Below, one piece after another: positions 12,600 to 26,700 of a stretch of 55,661 bases of DNA (position 1 is the first letter of the stretch; each line of letters starts with the position of its first letter). Made by a program: the position numbers and the translations under genes. The stretch lies in contig DF237534.1 in the NCBI GenBank assembly GCA_000708835.1, positions 1 through 55,661 on the forward strand, read 5' to 3'. Below the pieces are notes generated by a model. The model did not search any database, had not been told where the DNA came from, and worked only from the letters and a program-made list of their open reading frames with translations. This DNA is from Klebsormidium nitens (taxonomy: Eukaryota; Plantae; Klebsormidiophyceae).

Positions 12600-14714
12600 G
12601 GCCGAATACGGTGGGCTCGCGGGTCCCTATTCGCGGCCGCGGCCGGCCCAAACCTGACTGGGCCGTCCGATCCGACCGTCGACCGTCCGATTCGAACACC
12701 GATCAACGTCTGAAAACCATCTGCTGGACACATCGGACGGTAAATCATACCGACGAATACCCTGTGCGCGCACACATGAGACTTCTGCGCAAGAATTTCG
12801 GGCCCGACCTTGAAGCACAGAAGCTCAAGCGTTGCGATTGTGGACAGGATATTTGGTCGACTCGGCTTTCGAGACTCGAAGCATGGTTGAATGAATTCAA
12901 GGTAATGTCATCATTCTCAGTATGACAGAGATGTGGAATTGGACGCTTGCCGCCATGTCCAGAGGTACCCGCTACTACTACTAGTAGGTACTACCTATAA
13001 GATAGGACGGCCGACTCATCAGTGACTCGAATTGCCGCAGACCTGCAGGGCAGCTCAGGACAGCCTGGATTGAGGAGATCTTCAACAAGCTAGAGTTCAC
13101 TCTTGCTAAAACCTGACGTACGTAAGTTTAGGACGTGTTTCTTACGTAGCACAGTACATCAGCTACGTCTTTCAAGCTGGCTTTGGCCCCTGGCACAGAT
13201 TGCGGGGCAGATTAAGACGACTGACATTTGAGTCGTTAATCAGTATGTGAGCCACCTTAGTCTCACAGGACACCATTAGTCTTTTAGGCTCGGGCGTTTG
13301 CTTGTATCCAGCTTGTATCTACCCAATTGCGGGGCATCTGGCTTAGCGTGGTGAGTAAATCTAGGTCAGCGTACAGCTTGCTAGCAACGCTATAAAGGCA
13401 GATCAGAGATGTGTAATTCTCCAATGCAACGGTGGCGATTGCCGGCAACGATCAAGCTCTGCCGACGCAGAGCACTCCAGTCATAGACGGATAGAGCAAT
13501 CAATACCGCCAGCTGCCGAACCCTCGCTGGCGCCGCCTTCCATTATCAGCCGCAAATGTGGCCAAATCTGACTTCTTGCACCTAAGAGCTTCTTTACTCT
13601 TCGAGATCTGAGATGAAACCTCTAGGGGAGCTGTGGCTAGCTGGGTCTCTCTGACACGCTGACACAAGAAGGGGCTCCAGGGACGTAATGGACAAAATGT
13701 GCTCGGGGATGCAAGTCTGCATGATATCGGCTGTCAGCGCACATTGGTGATGTCATGCACAATCTGCGAATTCCCTTGTCCGCCACCGCTATCGTCAATC
13801 ATACCGTCCAAGTTTTGAGCGCAGCTGCCATAGGGATATTATTGGAGCACGTGCTTACTGGCTGCATTGGAGCTGGTCCTCTAGTCCGTCCTCACTATGC
13901 AAACCAGGTAATTTCGCTCTACTGCTCATCAAAAAGAGTGTCGCCGTCACTTTCACAGGCAAAATTGAAGTTTACCGCTCAACTCTGAGATCCCATTGTA
14001 AAACAGAGTGCAAAGTGCAGCTTTGGCAAAAGGAACGACCTTGGCGGCTCACCTCGTAAAGCAATCCTGTAGCTCATGACTGACCTTACTGATTTGGATC
14101 TCTTTTCCATCATGAAAGCTTTGTGACAATAGAAAGTCACCCCCCTTTCTCTGCCTGGGACTTCTACCAACGAGATCTCTTTGCTGCTTCAACGCTACTT
14201 TTGGTTCGACTCTGACAAAGCTAGCGCAATCGATTGTTTCAACACATCGTTACTCAAGCACCCCCTAGTGATGCGCAAATCGTGCGGCCCTAGTTCTTTC
14301 AGTCTTGGGGGGCTGCTTCTTTGTCCCAAGGTTCAGTGGCTGGCACTATCATTTGTGTTCAATGGCTGATCAAAGTTTACCAGTACAAGTTTTAAGAAAA
14401 AGAGGCTATCCGTGAATGTCATTGCCATGGCTTTTGGACGCTTTACCTAGCTTGAATGGCACCAACTTGCTCCTGAAGGCTAGTAATATCACACAAGAGT
14501 AGGATATTGTTCACAACAAGAGAATAAGCCCGTGTTCAGACTGCAATAGGAAATTACTCTGCCACTCACATATCCCTCTTGCCATCAAAGGATGTCGCTA
14601 CCTGGAGTGAGGCAACCACCTGACTAGCATCCTCCATTTATCTGTTCCAGTAGGGCATGAGCAGCTGCCTCATTGTGACCTATCCACAATGGGGCCAAGA
14701 CTGCGCAGAAGGAA
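12600..14714 (+). promoter_or_regulatory. Probable promoter and spliced 5' leader of the histidine kinase gene
   Basis: GC-rich patch at 12600-12780; donor AAG|GTAATG at 12902; acceptor/donor pair around 13041/13049-13121 (GTAAGT at 13122); acceptor ctgcgcag at 14708, 6 nt before ATG 14715. No convincing coding frame links these pieces. Confidence 0.3.
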
Positions 14715-17700
14715 ATGACGTCCTGTCAGCTAGGCCCTGGCACGATGAAGGACCAGGGTCCTGGGCGCGATGTTACACACGGGCCTTTTCCAACAGGCAT
14801 GCTCTTTGAGAAACCGGGGGCATGCACCATCACCCCTGTTTCCTCTGGGGTCAGCCGGCTGGCGGCGGCTGCCTTTACGTGCTTTGCACGTGGGCGGACT
14901 CGTTTCATGGTCTGCAGGACCAGTAGCCTGAAAATGAGTTTCTCTCAGGTGAGAACGCATGAACCAGGTAGCCTTTCTGGTTGAAACCTTCTGCTTGTGC
15001 ATTTTGATAAGCAAACGTCTCTCCTTACACGACCTTGTTTTGAGTGTTTTGAGACACGTACTTCTAAAAGAACAGGGTAGCTGCGCATTAGAGCCGCACA
15101 TCCGCATCTCTGTGAGTTGCTCTGCGAAGATGATGTCTGGAAGCGAACGTCAAGGCATGCCTTGGCAAACATCTCCCCTGGCAAGAAAGAGGCAGGCTGA
15201 TCTTAGCTGAGTTGTACATTGAGGAGCAGCACAAATGTCGAAGTAGGCTGGTTCCCATATGCAGCTATGTGAAGCTCGCAGATCCTCACAAGGCTTCAAA
15301 GTGTTTCTTGATCGTCTCGTTTAAACGCTTCCTCTCCTTACGGGAGCAGAAGCTTTCAAGCCGCTGAAAGTTGACGCATTTCAGAACAGGCCGTCTTCAA
15401 TCTCTTTGCGCCTCATGACATGGCTTTTGCTCGTCAAGTATTCTACACGATGGACGCAGGGCGTCTCCACACGGAGATAATCACAGTCGTCAAGAGCACC
15501 TGGATGTTTTCATTGCAGGATCCGATGGAAGTAGCCTTCCTTGAGGACTTCGAGAAGCAAAGCCAAAAGACGCTGCGCCTGGCGCTCATCTCGAGCGCGC
15601 TCATTATCTCGGTGTACATTAGCATTGGTAAGTACCGGTGACATTGGGTGACATCTTCCTCGCCAATGAAGTCTCATCGTTATTGGAGTTGCAGCTAGGC
15701 AGCGCTTTCAGATCTTGATGTCGAGTAATTCTTGACATTGCTCGTCGTCAGACCAAAGTACTGAGGAGGCTTACACACAGCAGAAAAATGGATGTACAAA
15801 CAGTGCCATACTGCATCTCGGTCCGCGTTGCACTGCACTACGCTGCCCTGCGCGGCCCTGCCCTGGGTAAATACTCTCTTCCGTTATGCACGAGCGGTCA
15901 AGCCATTGTCCTTTTGCTCTTCAGAGAAAGGCCTACGGAAAGGAGCGTCGCTCCATTCTGATAACTTGGAAACCTGACGCGGATCATACTGCCTTTTTCA
16001 CAGACTTTCTTTCCTTGAAGAGCAAAAAGATGTTTCACCAAGTCCTCGTGGCCAGATGCATCCTCTGCACTTTCTGCTTCATTGCGTACGTGGCCTCCTA
16101 CTTCCCGCTCTTCGGTTGGAAGGTGAGGATAACCTCGGCATAAATCTTGTTCTTCACTCGTAGGGTGGCAGCATGCCGGGCTTTGCGCTAAAGAAGTTGC
16201 TTACTCAATGGCTTGAAAAGGCTTTGACGAAATGAATGATAGGATTTCATTCCTGTCGGACAAAGATCGAGAAGGTTTAGCCAGCTGATTCAAGCCAGTT
16301 CCTCTTAATACTTGAGGGATGAATTCTCTTTAACGCTCCTGGTAATTTTTCTGTATCTTTGACAGTGGTAAAGCCACATTAATGGATTAAATATTGAGAA
16401 AGTCAATGAATCAGCTCCTCTGCAGGCCTTATTGGTAATCAGTCGCGGGTGTGCATTGATTGAAGTATTCCTCCTCTTTCTTGCAGAACTGGCAGCCGTT
16501 CACATTCTTTTGCTGCTTCAGGTTAGTATATTGTCCCTCCCTCCACCGTTTCACCGTACTTTGAATGCAGCGGAACGTCCTTCCATGCATGCAAGTACTT
16601 GCAGGAGCGTTGATCGAGTGTAAAGCTTGATGGACACTTTCAAAGGATTCTCAGAAATCTCTCCAAGACCTTAAGATGCACTCTGTATCTTATCCTCATA
16701 TGAGATGCCACTTTGTACGTGAAACGGTTCTGACCTTCCCGTAAGTGCCTGTGCAGCATTTCCGTCGGATCGAGCATGCTGCCAGCCGTGTTCAGCAGGG
16801 TGGCAGGTTTCCTGGCCCTCTTCCTGGCTCTCAGCTTGACGTCGGGCTTTATCAGACTCCGCACGTCATACGCGTGCCTCATTCTTATTACTACCATCTC
16901 CGTATACACGATTGCCGGTCATTTTGTCCAACGGCGAGGTACCCTAGTCGACCAGATGCACAGTACCGACGAAAAGGCTTTTGTGTCCCCTGCGACAGTG
17001 CTCGTGAGCTTTATCAGCCCTCCTTTCTGTCCATCTAAATGAAATCTGCTTTACTGATCCATGCACCATCTGAGATGCTATTGCTAGCACTCCACTCAAA
17101 CTCCGGTTTGAGCGGCAGATTTTGCCGTCAGCCGAGCTGCTGTACGATCTCTGATGTTAGATCCTCCTCAGCTCGAAGTTGGGGTCCTGCTGCTAGGCTT
17201 CGCACTGAAAACACTGAATTTGTTTCTCCTGACGCATTCTCTGTCCTGCAGATGGCCCTAGTAGCGGCTTGGCTCATGTGGTCGTCCTACCTGTTTGAGT
17301 GCTACGCTCGGAAACAGTTCCTAATCCGCTGGGAGCTCAAAAGCACGGAGAAGTCCAACTCTGCAGCAGATCAAGCCTATGACGCGAAGGAAGCGAAATC
17401 TGCCTTCATGTCAAACATGTAAGTGCATGTAAGCATGCGAAGCTGCGAGAAGGATGACTCTACGAAGATACCAATAAAGCCCGAGGATCCGCTCTTATCG
17501 AACAAGCACCAGAAGCTTGTTCCTTTCCAAATGCTGGCAGTGGATCGAAGAACAGCGGACTGTACCCTGGATTATCAAATGCTTGTTTGCTCTGATATTT
17601 TGTCAGCCCTTATGTTGTGCTCAAGCCACAGCATTCTTCGCTTGTGCAGGAGTCACGAGATTCGGCATCCGATCATCGGGATTCTAAGCTGTGCTGAGCT

Positions 17701-20700
17701 CCTAGATACCACGGAGCTGACGTCAGAACAGCGGGAATCGGCAGCTATCATGAAGAAGGCTGCAGAGGACTTGCTCAGTCTCATCAACGACGTGCTAGAG
17801 GTCAGTGACAGCTTGTAACACTCACAAAACGTCTTCCGTTATGCTTTCGACGGTAATATGCATTGAATGTATGCATGATCTTCTCAGCCGCGAAGAGACG
17901 GCGAACAAAACCTGCGCCACTCTCGGCATTTGGCGATAACGAATGAGAGACTATAGGCCGAGATTGTTCAAAAGTTCCAAGAGTCTTGAAGGATTGACGG
18001 AAAGGGGCTGCCATTTACAATTCACTACAATTAATGAACAGGTTCAGACACGTCAATAACGTCAAAGTAAGATTAAGGTCACTCTACAGTTCCAAACTAA
18101 TACACGTGGGTCGGGTTTCTTTGCAGTGGAGCAAGCTGGAGGCCGGTTGCTTCAGGCTGAATCTCAGGGTAAGGAACAACTGCCATTGAGTGCCGGAAGC
18201 GTGCAGCCTGATGTGGAACAGTATGCATCAGGCTGCCTTTACTCTCAACTGAGATAGACTGACTTCTGCACTCAGCAAGTTCTCTCTTGTAAACGTCGTT
18301 CATTGCACGAGTTCCTTAGGTGTAGCCAGCCCTTATTCAAACATTGCAAAGAACAGCAAAGGAACAGACACTTTCGAGTATTTTTTCGCACTCGGTTTCT
18401 CAGTCTCGTCATCCATTCTCGTTGTACAAGGGACACTTAAGACGTCGTTCGAACAGATTGTAACCAGCCACTAGCCTGGCTTTATGATCGCTCAATCTCG
18501 TCATCTTCATGAATACTGAAGTTCGAGATCGACTCTTGCTTTGATTCACTGGGTAGCTTCAGATACCGTCAAACCTGAAAAGGAACAAGCTGCGCTGGTC
18601 TGTTCCTAGTAAACCGCTTGGCTTGGAAGGCTTCCCGAACAAGATGATGGATTCCGGATAGAAAAGCTGGCTTGTTTGAAGCGAGCATGCGTCGAATCTC
18701 TGTGTTGACTTGTAAGCATGTCGTTTTCTGCAGGGCTTTGACCTCCTCGAGCTGATTGAGGATACAGCAGACATGGTGGCACCATCTGCGTTTGCAAAGG
18801 GTTTGGAGTTGGTGACAATCATGCAAAGCTGGACGAAGAGAGCCGTCGTCGGGGATCCACTGGTGGTGCAGGGCATTTTGATTAACTGTAAGTTTCTGCG
18901 TCCTTGCAAGAATCCGGGCTTGAGGTGGTCCACGTCTTCTGGCGTTGCCACCGGTTCTTCTCCCTTTCCCGCCAATTGCGAGGAGTGCTTATGTCACATT
19001 TGATAGAGGTTAGCAAACTGGGAGGGAGTGGAGGGTCCCGGAGCGTGCTGCTTTTCTGCTGCTTTCTTGGACTGCACACAGCATGACTTGCCCTAAACAC
19101 AATCAAGAAAAGATGTCTAAAACAGCGGCGATGGTAGTCCAGCATCTATCGAGCCAGAAAGATGCAACGGAAGGCTGCTTGGGTGAAGGCAGTCATTGAG
19201 TCTCTGTCAATACCATAATGCTCTGCATGCAAAATGCCAGCGAACATCTGATTTGATGTCTCACGCGCAGTGCTGGACAACGCGGTAAAGTTTACCAAGG
19301 CTGGAGGCCTCGCTTTGGTCGTCGAGGAGAAATCCGGGCCAATCGCGCGTGACGCACTTGTCATCCGCTTCTCCTGCGTTGACACGGGTAGAGGAATACC
19401 TGAAGACAAGCTAAGGGTGCTGTTTCGAGAATTCTCCCAGGTCGACATGCGGTTCTCCAGGGAGGTGAGACTAAATGTTCGCTTAGCTGTTCTATCGGGC
19501 CAGCCTTCCCACTAGATGAAAAGATTCAATCTGATTCCGTCAAAGAACACCGTTGAGCCAGGAATTACTTCAGCCCTCGGGCGCTAATGCCCTTCTGCCA
19601 GATTGCACAGCTTGATTCCATAATATTTGGGACAACTCTACTGTCGATCTTGCGAACTGCGAAACAATTGAAGCAGGGTAAACCTCTAGGAGGACCAGCA
19701 CAAAGGAAGCATCTTCCAAAGCCTGAGTGCCAAAAGGTCCAGGCGAGCTTGTTAAACCCTACTCCGACTAGCTTCTAAATCATGAACATGCTTGCAGATC
19801 GAAGGTCTCGGATTGGGCCTCGCGCTTGTGCTCGGATTTGTAGACATCTTGGACGGTCAACTGGGCGTGTCGACCAATTCCAAAGCACAGCCACATGTTC
19901 CTACTGGCTCCATCTTCTGGTTTGAAGTGCCGTTCCGGGCATCGACCTCCGGGCCCGTTGTTCGTTCCGACGAGAAGTTGCGGAAGTCGTCACCGCGGGC
20001 GCCGGTTTGCGTGTTGTGCGTCTCGCCGAGTATGCTCGTGAGGGAGATGCTCAAAAACAACCTGGAGCCCGACGCCGGAAATGGTTGGGAAATCATGGTT
20101 GGGAGTTCGCTAGGCGAGGTGATTGATAGCAGCGATTATAAGCAACAGGAGTGGTCGGCGGCCGTCGTAGTCACGCAACGCGTCGAGGATTACGGAGAGC
20201 TGAAAGGGCGGGTTGAAACGAGTCTGAGAGAGAAAGTGCGATGGTTGCTGCTCACTAAGCAGGAGCAGAAGAAGCCCAACGGCTTTTGGGGGGTCATTGA
20301 GCAGCCGGTCCGGAGGGCAAACTTAGTCCAGGCGGTGGTCGGAGCGTGCAAGGACGCGCTGCTGACAAAGGAGCCGCCTCTAGTTGCTTCAGTGCGGACC
20401 ACCGTAGACCTAGATTCCAGAAGGAGGGGTTCCTCCAACATACCGCGTTTGTCGTCCCTCGACTCGAAAGTCTCCTCGGCCCGCACGTCGCACCGGATGT
20501 CGGGTCGATCCGGGGAGGCGGAGCCAGAGCAAGCCAGTCTTAGAACGCTTCCAAGCGTTAAGGAAGGCGCCGAGCGCTCGCATGCGGCGGCGAACGGAGA
20601 CTTGAAGCGGCACGAAGTGCTGCTTGTGGATGACACTGCGGTGACGCAGATGCTCGGCAAACAGGTTCTTTCGAGCGCAGGATTTGCGGTTGAGGTTGCG

Positions 20701-23700
20701 GGGAACGGTCTCCAGGCGGTGGAGAAGTGGCGGGAGAAGGAGTACGATGTCGTTCTCATGGACATCGAGATGGAGGTGAGCTTAAATTGCATTGCAAGTG
20801 CTATGCTCGCTGTGCCTTGGACAGCGACAAGGGTTTTTGATGTGGTCGAAAGATTGCTAATCGAAGCATGTAAATGCATCGTTCACAGTCCAGACTAGAA
20901 CTGCTTCCCGCCTTTTTCCTTCAGGGGCTTCATTCTGAAGGTATCAATGATGTTTCAGGAAGAACGAGACGCATGCATGTTTTTCCTCTGCTGGAAGCTT
21001 CGAGTGAGTAGGGTTCCCTTACGGTTGCGGTTTCGAAAATGCCGATTGGCAACAAGATATCAACCTTTTTAGCAGCAAAAAACTTGACTGGCCAATGTGA
21101 GGTTGCTGGATGGGTCCTCAAGGCAAGCATAGAGCCTTCTTACTCCCTTCGCGCAGATCTTGAACGGGTATGAGGCCGCGGAAATGATCAGGAAGGAGGA
21201 GATCGTACGGGGCCGCCGACGAGTGCCGATCATCGCGCTCACGGCGCACGACAGCCTGGGTCCGCGAGGCTTCCTTATGAACGACAAGCTGACTCGGCCA
21301 GTTTCCAAAGCGCTCATGGTAGAGACCGTGAAGACCTGGGCGCGCGGTTTCCAGCTTGACCTACTCGGGGCCAATCCTCTTCGTCAAAAGGTGCCGCTTC
21401 TCGAGAGGGACCAATCGAGGCGAAAGACGCACATCAACACCTTTCACATTGAGAGGGCTTTGGTGAGCATGAATCCTTGCTCCAAGGTGCTACACATACT
21501 TGACTGTGGTTAGATCATGTCCTTTCTTTAACAGAGTAATGTGCAAAGGTTTGGTACCTCCAGCACCCTTTGCTTATCCGATGCGGATGAAATAAGGACA
21601 GGAGCTCTTTACTTTCCATATGAAACTGTTCTTGATATTCCTTGCTTCGGTTTTGTGGGGCCCTCTATTTGCGGGCGAACGCTGCCAGTTCCGGACTGTT
21701 TACAGCTTCTCTCGTCAACCTCTGATGATCCAGAGTTTCGGACATATGCTGCAGAGCCCGATTCAAGCTTAGAGAGAGGGGCTCAAGACGATTTCCTAAG
21801 TAATACAAGTAAACGTTGCAGCGGCCATGGCTATTCTCTAGTGTTCTTTGTGCTAGCTCTCACTCACGTACATGAACATGAAGGACCCCTCGCCCGAAGT
21901 TTTCGTGTGAAGTCAAGGAGCTACCTTAACGTTTCATGCTCTTTGCAGGGCAAGATTCAGAGTCGAGCCAGCTTCGGCGATTATACGGCGTCCGACGACG
22001 AGGATCCACCATCTGTTCCGGGCTCGGAGACGGAGTTGCCTGTATATAATAGGCCCGCGGCGCACAGTTTAGACGACATTCGGCAGCCTCCAAGCCTGGA
22101 TGATTTTGAAACATTGGTCGACAGTAGAGCGGCCGACGCGCAAGCATCGAGCGCGGCCAATCGCGCAGCGCCTATCTCGGAAGCGCGAGCAATGGGAAAC
22201 GGACCGGGGACCACCGATAAAGGTGGGGATAGACGGGGGAACGACATTCGTCCTCAACGGGTCCACTTGTACGGTCCCTCCAAGTTCCGCGACGACCTCG
22301 AAGCTCTGCAGCTGCTCGATCTGAGCCAACCAGGTCCGCCGGAATCGGGGTCCGGCGGATCTGGTCTTCCGGTGGTTATCGAATCAGACCCAGGCGAATC
22401 GGTGTCCGCCAGGCCAAGCGCTGCGTCTTCGATCCCAGACTCTATCAGCCAGAGAATAAGGGTCGCCGGATCCGTCGGATCAGTGGATAGTCTGAGCGCG
22501 CGTTCCCGGCAGGCTTCTGAGCCGTCCGAAAAAGGTGGTGTCCGAAAACATTCTCTGCCGGCAGCCGCGGGTGCTCCACGTGTTGCCGACGCCACAGTTG
22601 CAGCGGACACGAGAGACAAGAGCGACAGCATGTCCAGTGTACGGAGCTCCGAAACGTCGTTCTCAATGCCGGAGGAGGCCCAGGCGTACTACCAGACGGT
22701 ACGTATGCCCTTCTGCCCTCGTTTGCCCGTTGGACAGTAGATCCCAAGGTGATCGGTCTGAATGCTTATGAGTAAACAATTAAGATATTGCTGCAACCCG
22801 CTTGAGTTTGTGTTTGGCACAAAGAATCTCTCCTCCAGCTTCTTGTCTACGTTCTCTTCACAGCGCTCTCTTTGCTCGATCTGCGAGCTCTATATGGGTG
22901 GCCTGGTGGTTCACCGCGCGTGCATTGGATCGAAAGAATTTGAGATTTGTACTTCAAGGGACATAACGGCCGCGTACTCGTGGCAGCTGTTAGCTTGGGC
23001 GCTGAGGTCTTGAGGTAGAAACTGGCTTGAATGTCTCTAGAAGAGGTCACGAAGCTGGTCTGAATGTTTTGCGAGTTATGTGCACGGGTCCAAAGTTTGA
23101 CGTCTGCACAGATAGTTCCGACGCTTTTCGCTGCAGGCTCAGGGGGACTACTCCTGGAAACTTGGAGATTCGAAGTGGCCCGCCACGTTCATGATCGGGA
23201 TTTTGGCCGGGGGAATGCTCGCATACCCACTGCTTGACTACCTTGCATCAGGGTAAGCAGATCATACGAAGTATCCAAGACAACATTCCAATGGGTTGTG
23301 TCTCCATTCGTTCCTGTGTAGTCTCGCTCTTTGCTGAAGCGACTCAGCGCCTTGCCAGCACCTCTCCGCATCCAAAACTCTTCCTTTCAACCCTTGTCTC
23401 GGCACGTCGGCGCTAAAGGCTCATTCCTGGTGCACTTTTGAAATGAGTACTCAATCCAAAGTCAAGCTGCCGAAAGTCAAAGACTGTTTTGACAGAACCT
23501 GCGGCCGCCTCGGAACGTGATGCACTCCTCGAAGTGAGCAAAAATGCAAGGCTCCGCGTGAAGCTTCTTGCTGACTATTGAATATTCCCTCAAATTACTG
23601 CAGATACTACTCGCGGAACCAGACATGCTGGGTCCTCCGCTGCTTTTTCACCGTCATCTTGCTGGGAGTCGCAATCTTCGGCACGCTTCCAGTCTTCACC

Positions 23701-26700
23701 CGCTGGATGGTAAGCAGCTGGAACTCATGCCCTTAACATCATTGCCGGGAGATCTGATTTTTAGCCATTTTTACCATCTTCCGGGATGCTCACGGTTGAA
23801 GCTTTTGAAATTTTTTACATGGCAGTTTTGCAGTTGATTTGCTACACAGCTGGACATTGTTCAGCTTCATACATCATAGGACGAGCTACAGTCGAACATA
23901 AAGAGAAGCGGATAGATGCTTATTCGGGCTCAGTTTTGCTGGCAACGTAGTTATCTGCTGATATCCCACTTCTGAGTAATCTTTTTGACTTCTTACGAAG
24001 CACGTGTTGCTAATGGGTGTCTGTCTGAGTTCTCCACCAATTCTTCAATGAAAGTGACGAGCAATTATCTCCTTTTGCAGGCCAGGAACCCATTCCGAGG
24101 GGAGGTCTGCCTTGCAGGGCTGATGATCTTCACGCTGGCCGGTCTCATGACCATCTGCTGGTTCGACGAGAAGCTCAGCCCTTTGAACCTCGACATGTGG
24201 CTCAGCTGGTTCTACCTTTTGGTCTGCATCAATCTTTTCTGCCGCTTCGCCGTTTCCTCGGCGGCCTCGGTGATCCTCATGGTTGTGTACATGGTAAGAA
24301 TGCATCCGACAATTTCTTTGACTCCTTAGCTGGGCGGTTCTCAAAGCTCGAGGTACTGAACAAAAGGAAGAGAAAAAAGGGATCTGGCTAAGCTTCCGAC
24401 AGGAACATTAACGCATCTGCTAGTTGTGGCCGGGGCTTACGGAAAAACCACTAATCTAAACGCTCGAAACTCTTCTAAACGTGGAGGTATCGCCCGGCAC
24501 ACAACCAGACAGGCGGAGAACTTGCCATTGGTTCTCACCTTTTACTAGTTACAAGATGCACTAGTAGAAGTTTTGGTGGAGCTACAAAGATGAGTGACGC
24601 AATCTGAGGTCCTGAGTGCCACATCCTCCAGGGAAACTTCCCTTGGCGAAGCAGGATCTACCTTGGCTCTTATCCTTCACTAGAGTCCATTATCATGCGC
24701 CAAGATGCTGAAATACACGAGTGAGATCTTGAACTGTTTCCTTAGCTTTCCGAAAGGAATCGAATCAACTTTTGCATTGAACTCCCGAACTCCCGTTCGT
24801 ACATTTTGGTCAACCTACGATGGATCGAAATATCGGGTCCTTACCCAGATGATTCTTAATCGGCAGGGTGTCCTACTTTGCAGGCTGGCTCGATTCACCA
24901 ACAGCAAGCAGGATGCGTCCCCAAAGTTGCAGCGAAATCGAGCGAGGGATTGTACGTCAGCAACGAGAGCTTGCGCAGTATCATCTTCGGGTACTTCACG
25001 GTCGCCGCCTTTCTCATCTGGCAGGTATGAGGCCCTGCTTTGTCCGCTTCCGTGCTAAGATCATATTCCATCAAGGGACTGAAGAGATCATGTCGGTGAA
25101 ATCAACGTACTGCCGTGAAATCAGGTCTACGGGCTCCACCCAAAATACCGTAACAAGCTGCTGATGGTACATTCTCAGAGCGACTCGATGCATTTGACTT
25201 TTTCGGGCTATTTGGCAGCGCCGCACTGCCTGTCAGGCGCGTGTCGGAATGCCACGTGTTATACGATGCCGGTAGCGAGGGGCTCTGGTTTTGGACCTGT
25301 CAGGAAGATTGCTGACATTTGATTTGGGGAGACGGGCAGGCACGCGCCTTGCTCTTATACGCTTCTTCTAACGTCACTTAATCCGTCAGCAGACGTCACT
25401 TTTAAGCTTTAGTGCCCTGCCGCGCAGTGTTGCTCGTACCTCCTGGAAAGAAGCGCCATCGGTGAGCAGTCCCTCACCGAGTCGGTGCGCGCCGCCCACG
25501 CGGCCGCGCGGCGCGCGCGACACGCGGAGGCCGCGAACGTCGCGACCACGGAGTTTTTGGCGACTCTCAACCACGAGATTCGAACGCCCTTGGCGGGAAT
25601 CATCGGGATGGCGGATCTGCTGATGGACTCAAAGACGGAGCTAACAAAGATGCAGGTGAGAGAGGCTTCTCTTGATGGGATAGCTAGCGTTGAAGTCATG
25701 CGGGGAACTGCTTGCTCGTTGGAAGATCGACATGCCATACGGAATGACGTTAAGTCGAACTTGAAGGTCTCTGCCGGCCAAGAATGTTTCTCCTTTTTCA
25801 GAATTGGGATTGAAGTTGTCATGTACCATTTAATAGAATCTAAAAACGAAGGCAGCCGAATAATTCTGGTGCAATGAAGATGAGAAGTACAGTAAACTCA
25901 CGAAGGAGCATCAAGGAATTTGGTTCCAGAATACCCCTATGACAACTCCCCTGGAAGACCGCTTGTAAATCACGCTTTACAGCAAGTTATGTCCTGCTCA
26001 TTGCACCCAAACTGATGCACCTTAACGTTACGATGATCGAACCTGCAGGAGGAACTTCTGCACACGGTCCAGCAGTCTAGCAATCAACTGAGCGCGTTGA
26101 TTGACCAAGTCCTGGATTTGAATCGTATCGAAGACGGGCATCTGGATCTGAAGGTAAGACCCGAAGCCTGGAATCAAGGTCGAACACTTTTTCTCTCTAC
26201 TCGCCCGCTATTCTCAGAATCTCCTATCTCAAACTGAAGCTTCGGTCACACGAAGATGTCCCTGCTGTCAAAGATCTCCCACGAGATACAAGGAAGGAAC
26301 AACGCCTGCTCAAAAGAGGTCTTGAAAGGAAGCGTTGTCAGTCTCTCAGGGACAATGTTTGCGATGAAAGGAGGAGTTGCAGATGATGACAGCGCAGGCA
26401 GCCGAAGTAAGCTGCCGACAGAAGCATGTCAGAAGAAAAGCCCTTCAAATATCCTTGCGTTGCTTGAGCAACCCGGTTCGTCAACCTGGTTGGCAAAGTA
26501 AAGCTGATTGATTCAGATCCCGACTCGCTTCACAGGAGTCCCGCCTGGACCTGCGGACGCACCTCGAGGAGACAGTGACGTCAATGAGCCACGTGTGCTT
26601 CGCGAAGAACGTGGAGCTGTATTTGGACGTCCGGCTAGAGCACACGCACTTCCGCGGCGACCCGGTCCGGCTGCGCCAGATGCTGACCAACTTTCTGTCA

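Noticed and set aside
20190-20879. 229-aa minus-strand ORF, and similar antisense ORFs at 22254-22631, 27625-28062 and 53994-54401
   Set aside because: They are antisense shadows of GC-rich coding exons, with no motifs of their own.
21391-21948. ORF 21160-21513 ending in a stop, and ORF 21541-22740 starting separately, read as two kinase genes
   Set aside because: A strong donor (AAG|GTGCCG, 21391) and acceptor (ctctttgcag, 21948) join them in phase 0, and the intervening translation is not protein-like. A single gene is preferred, pending cDNA.
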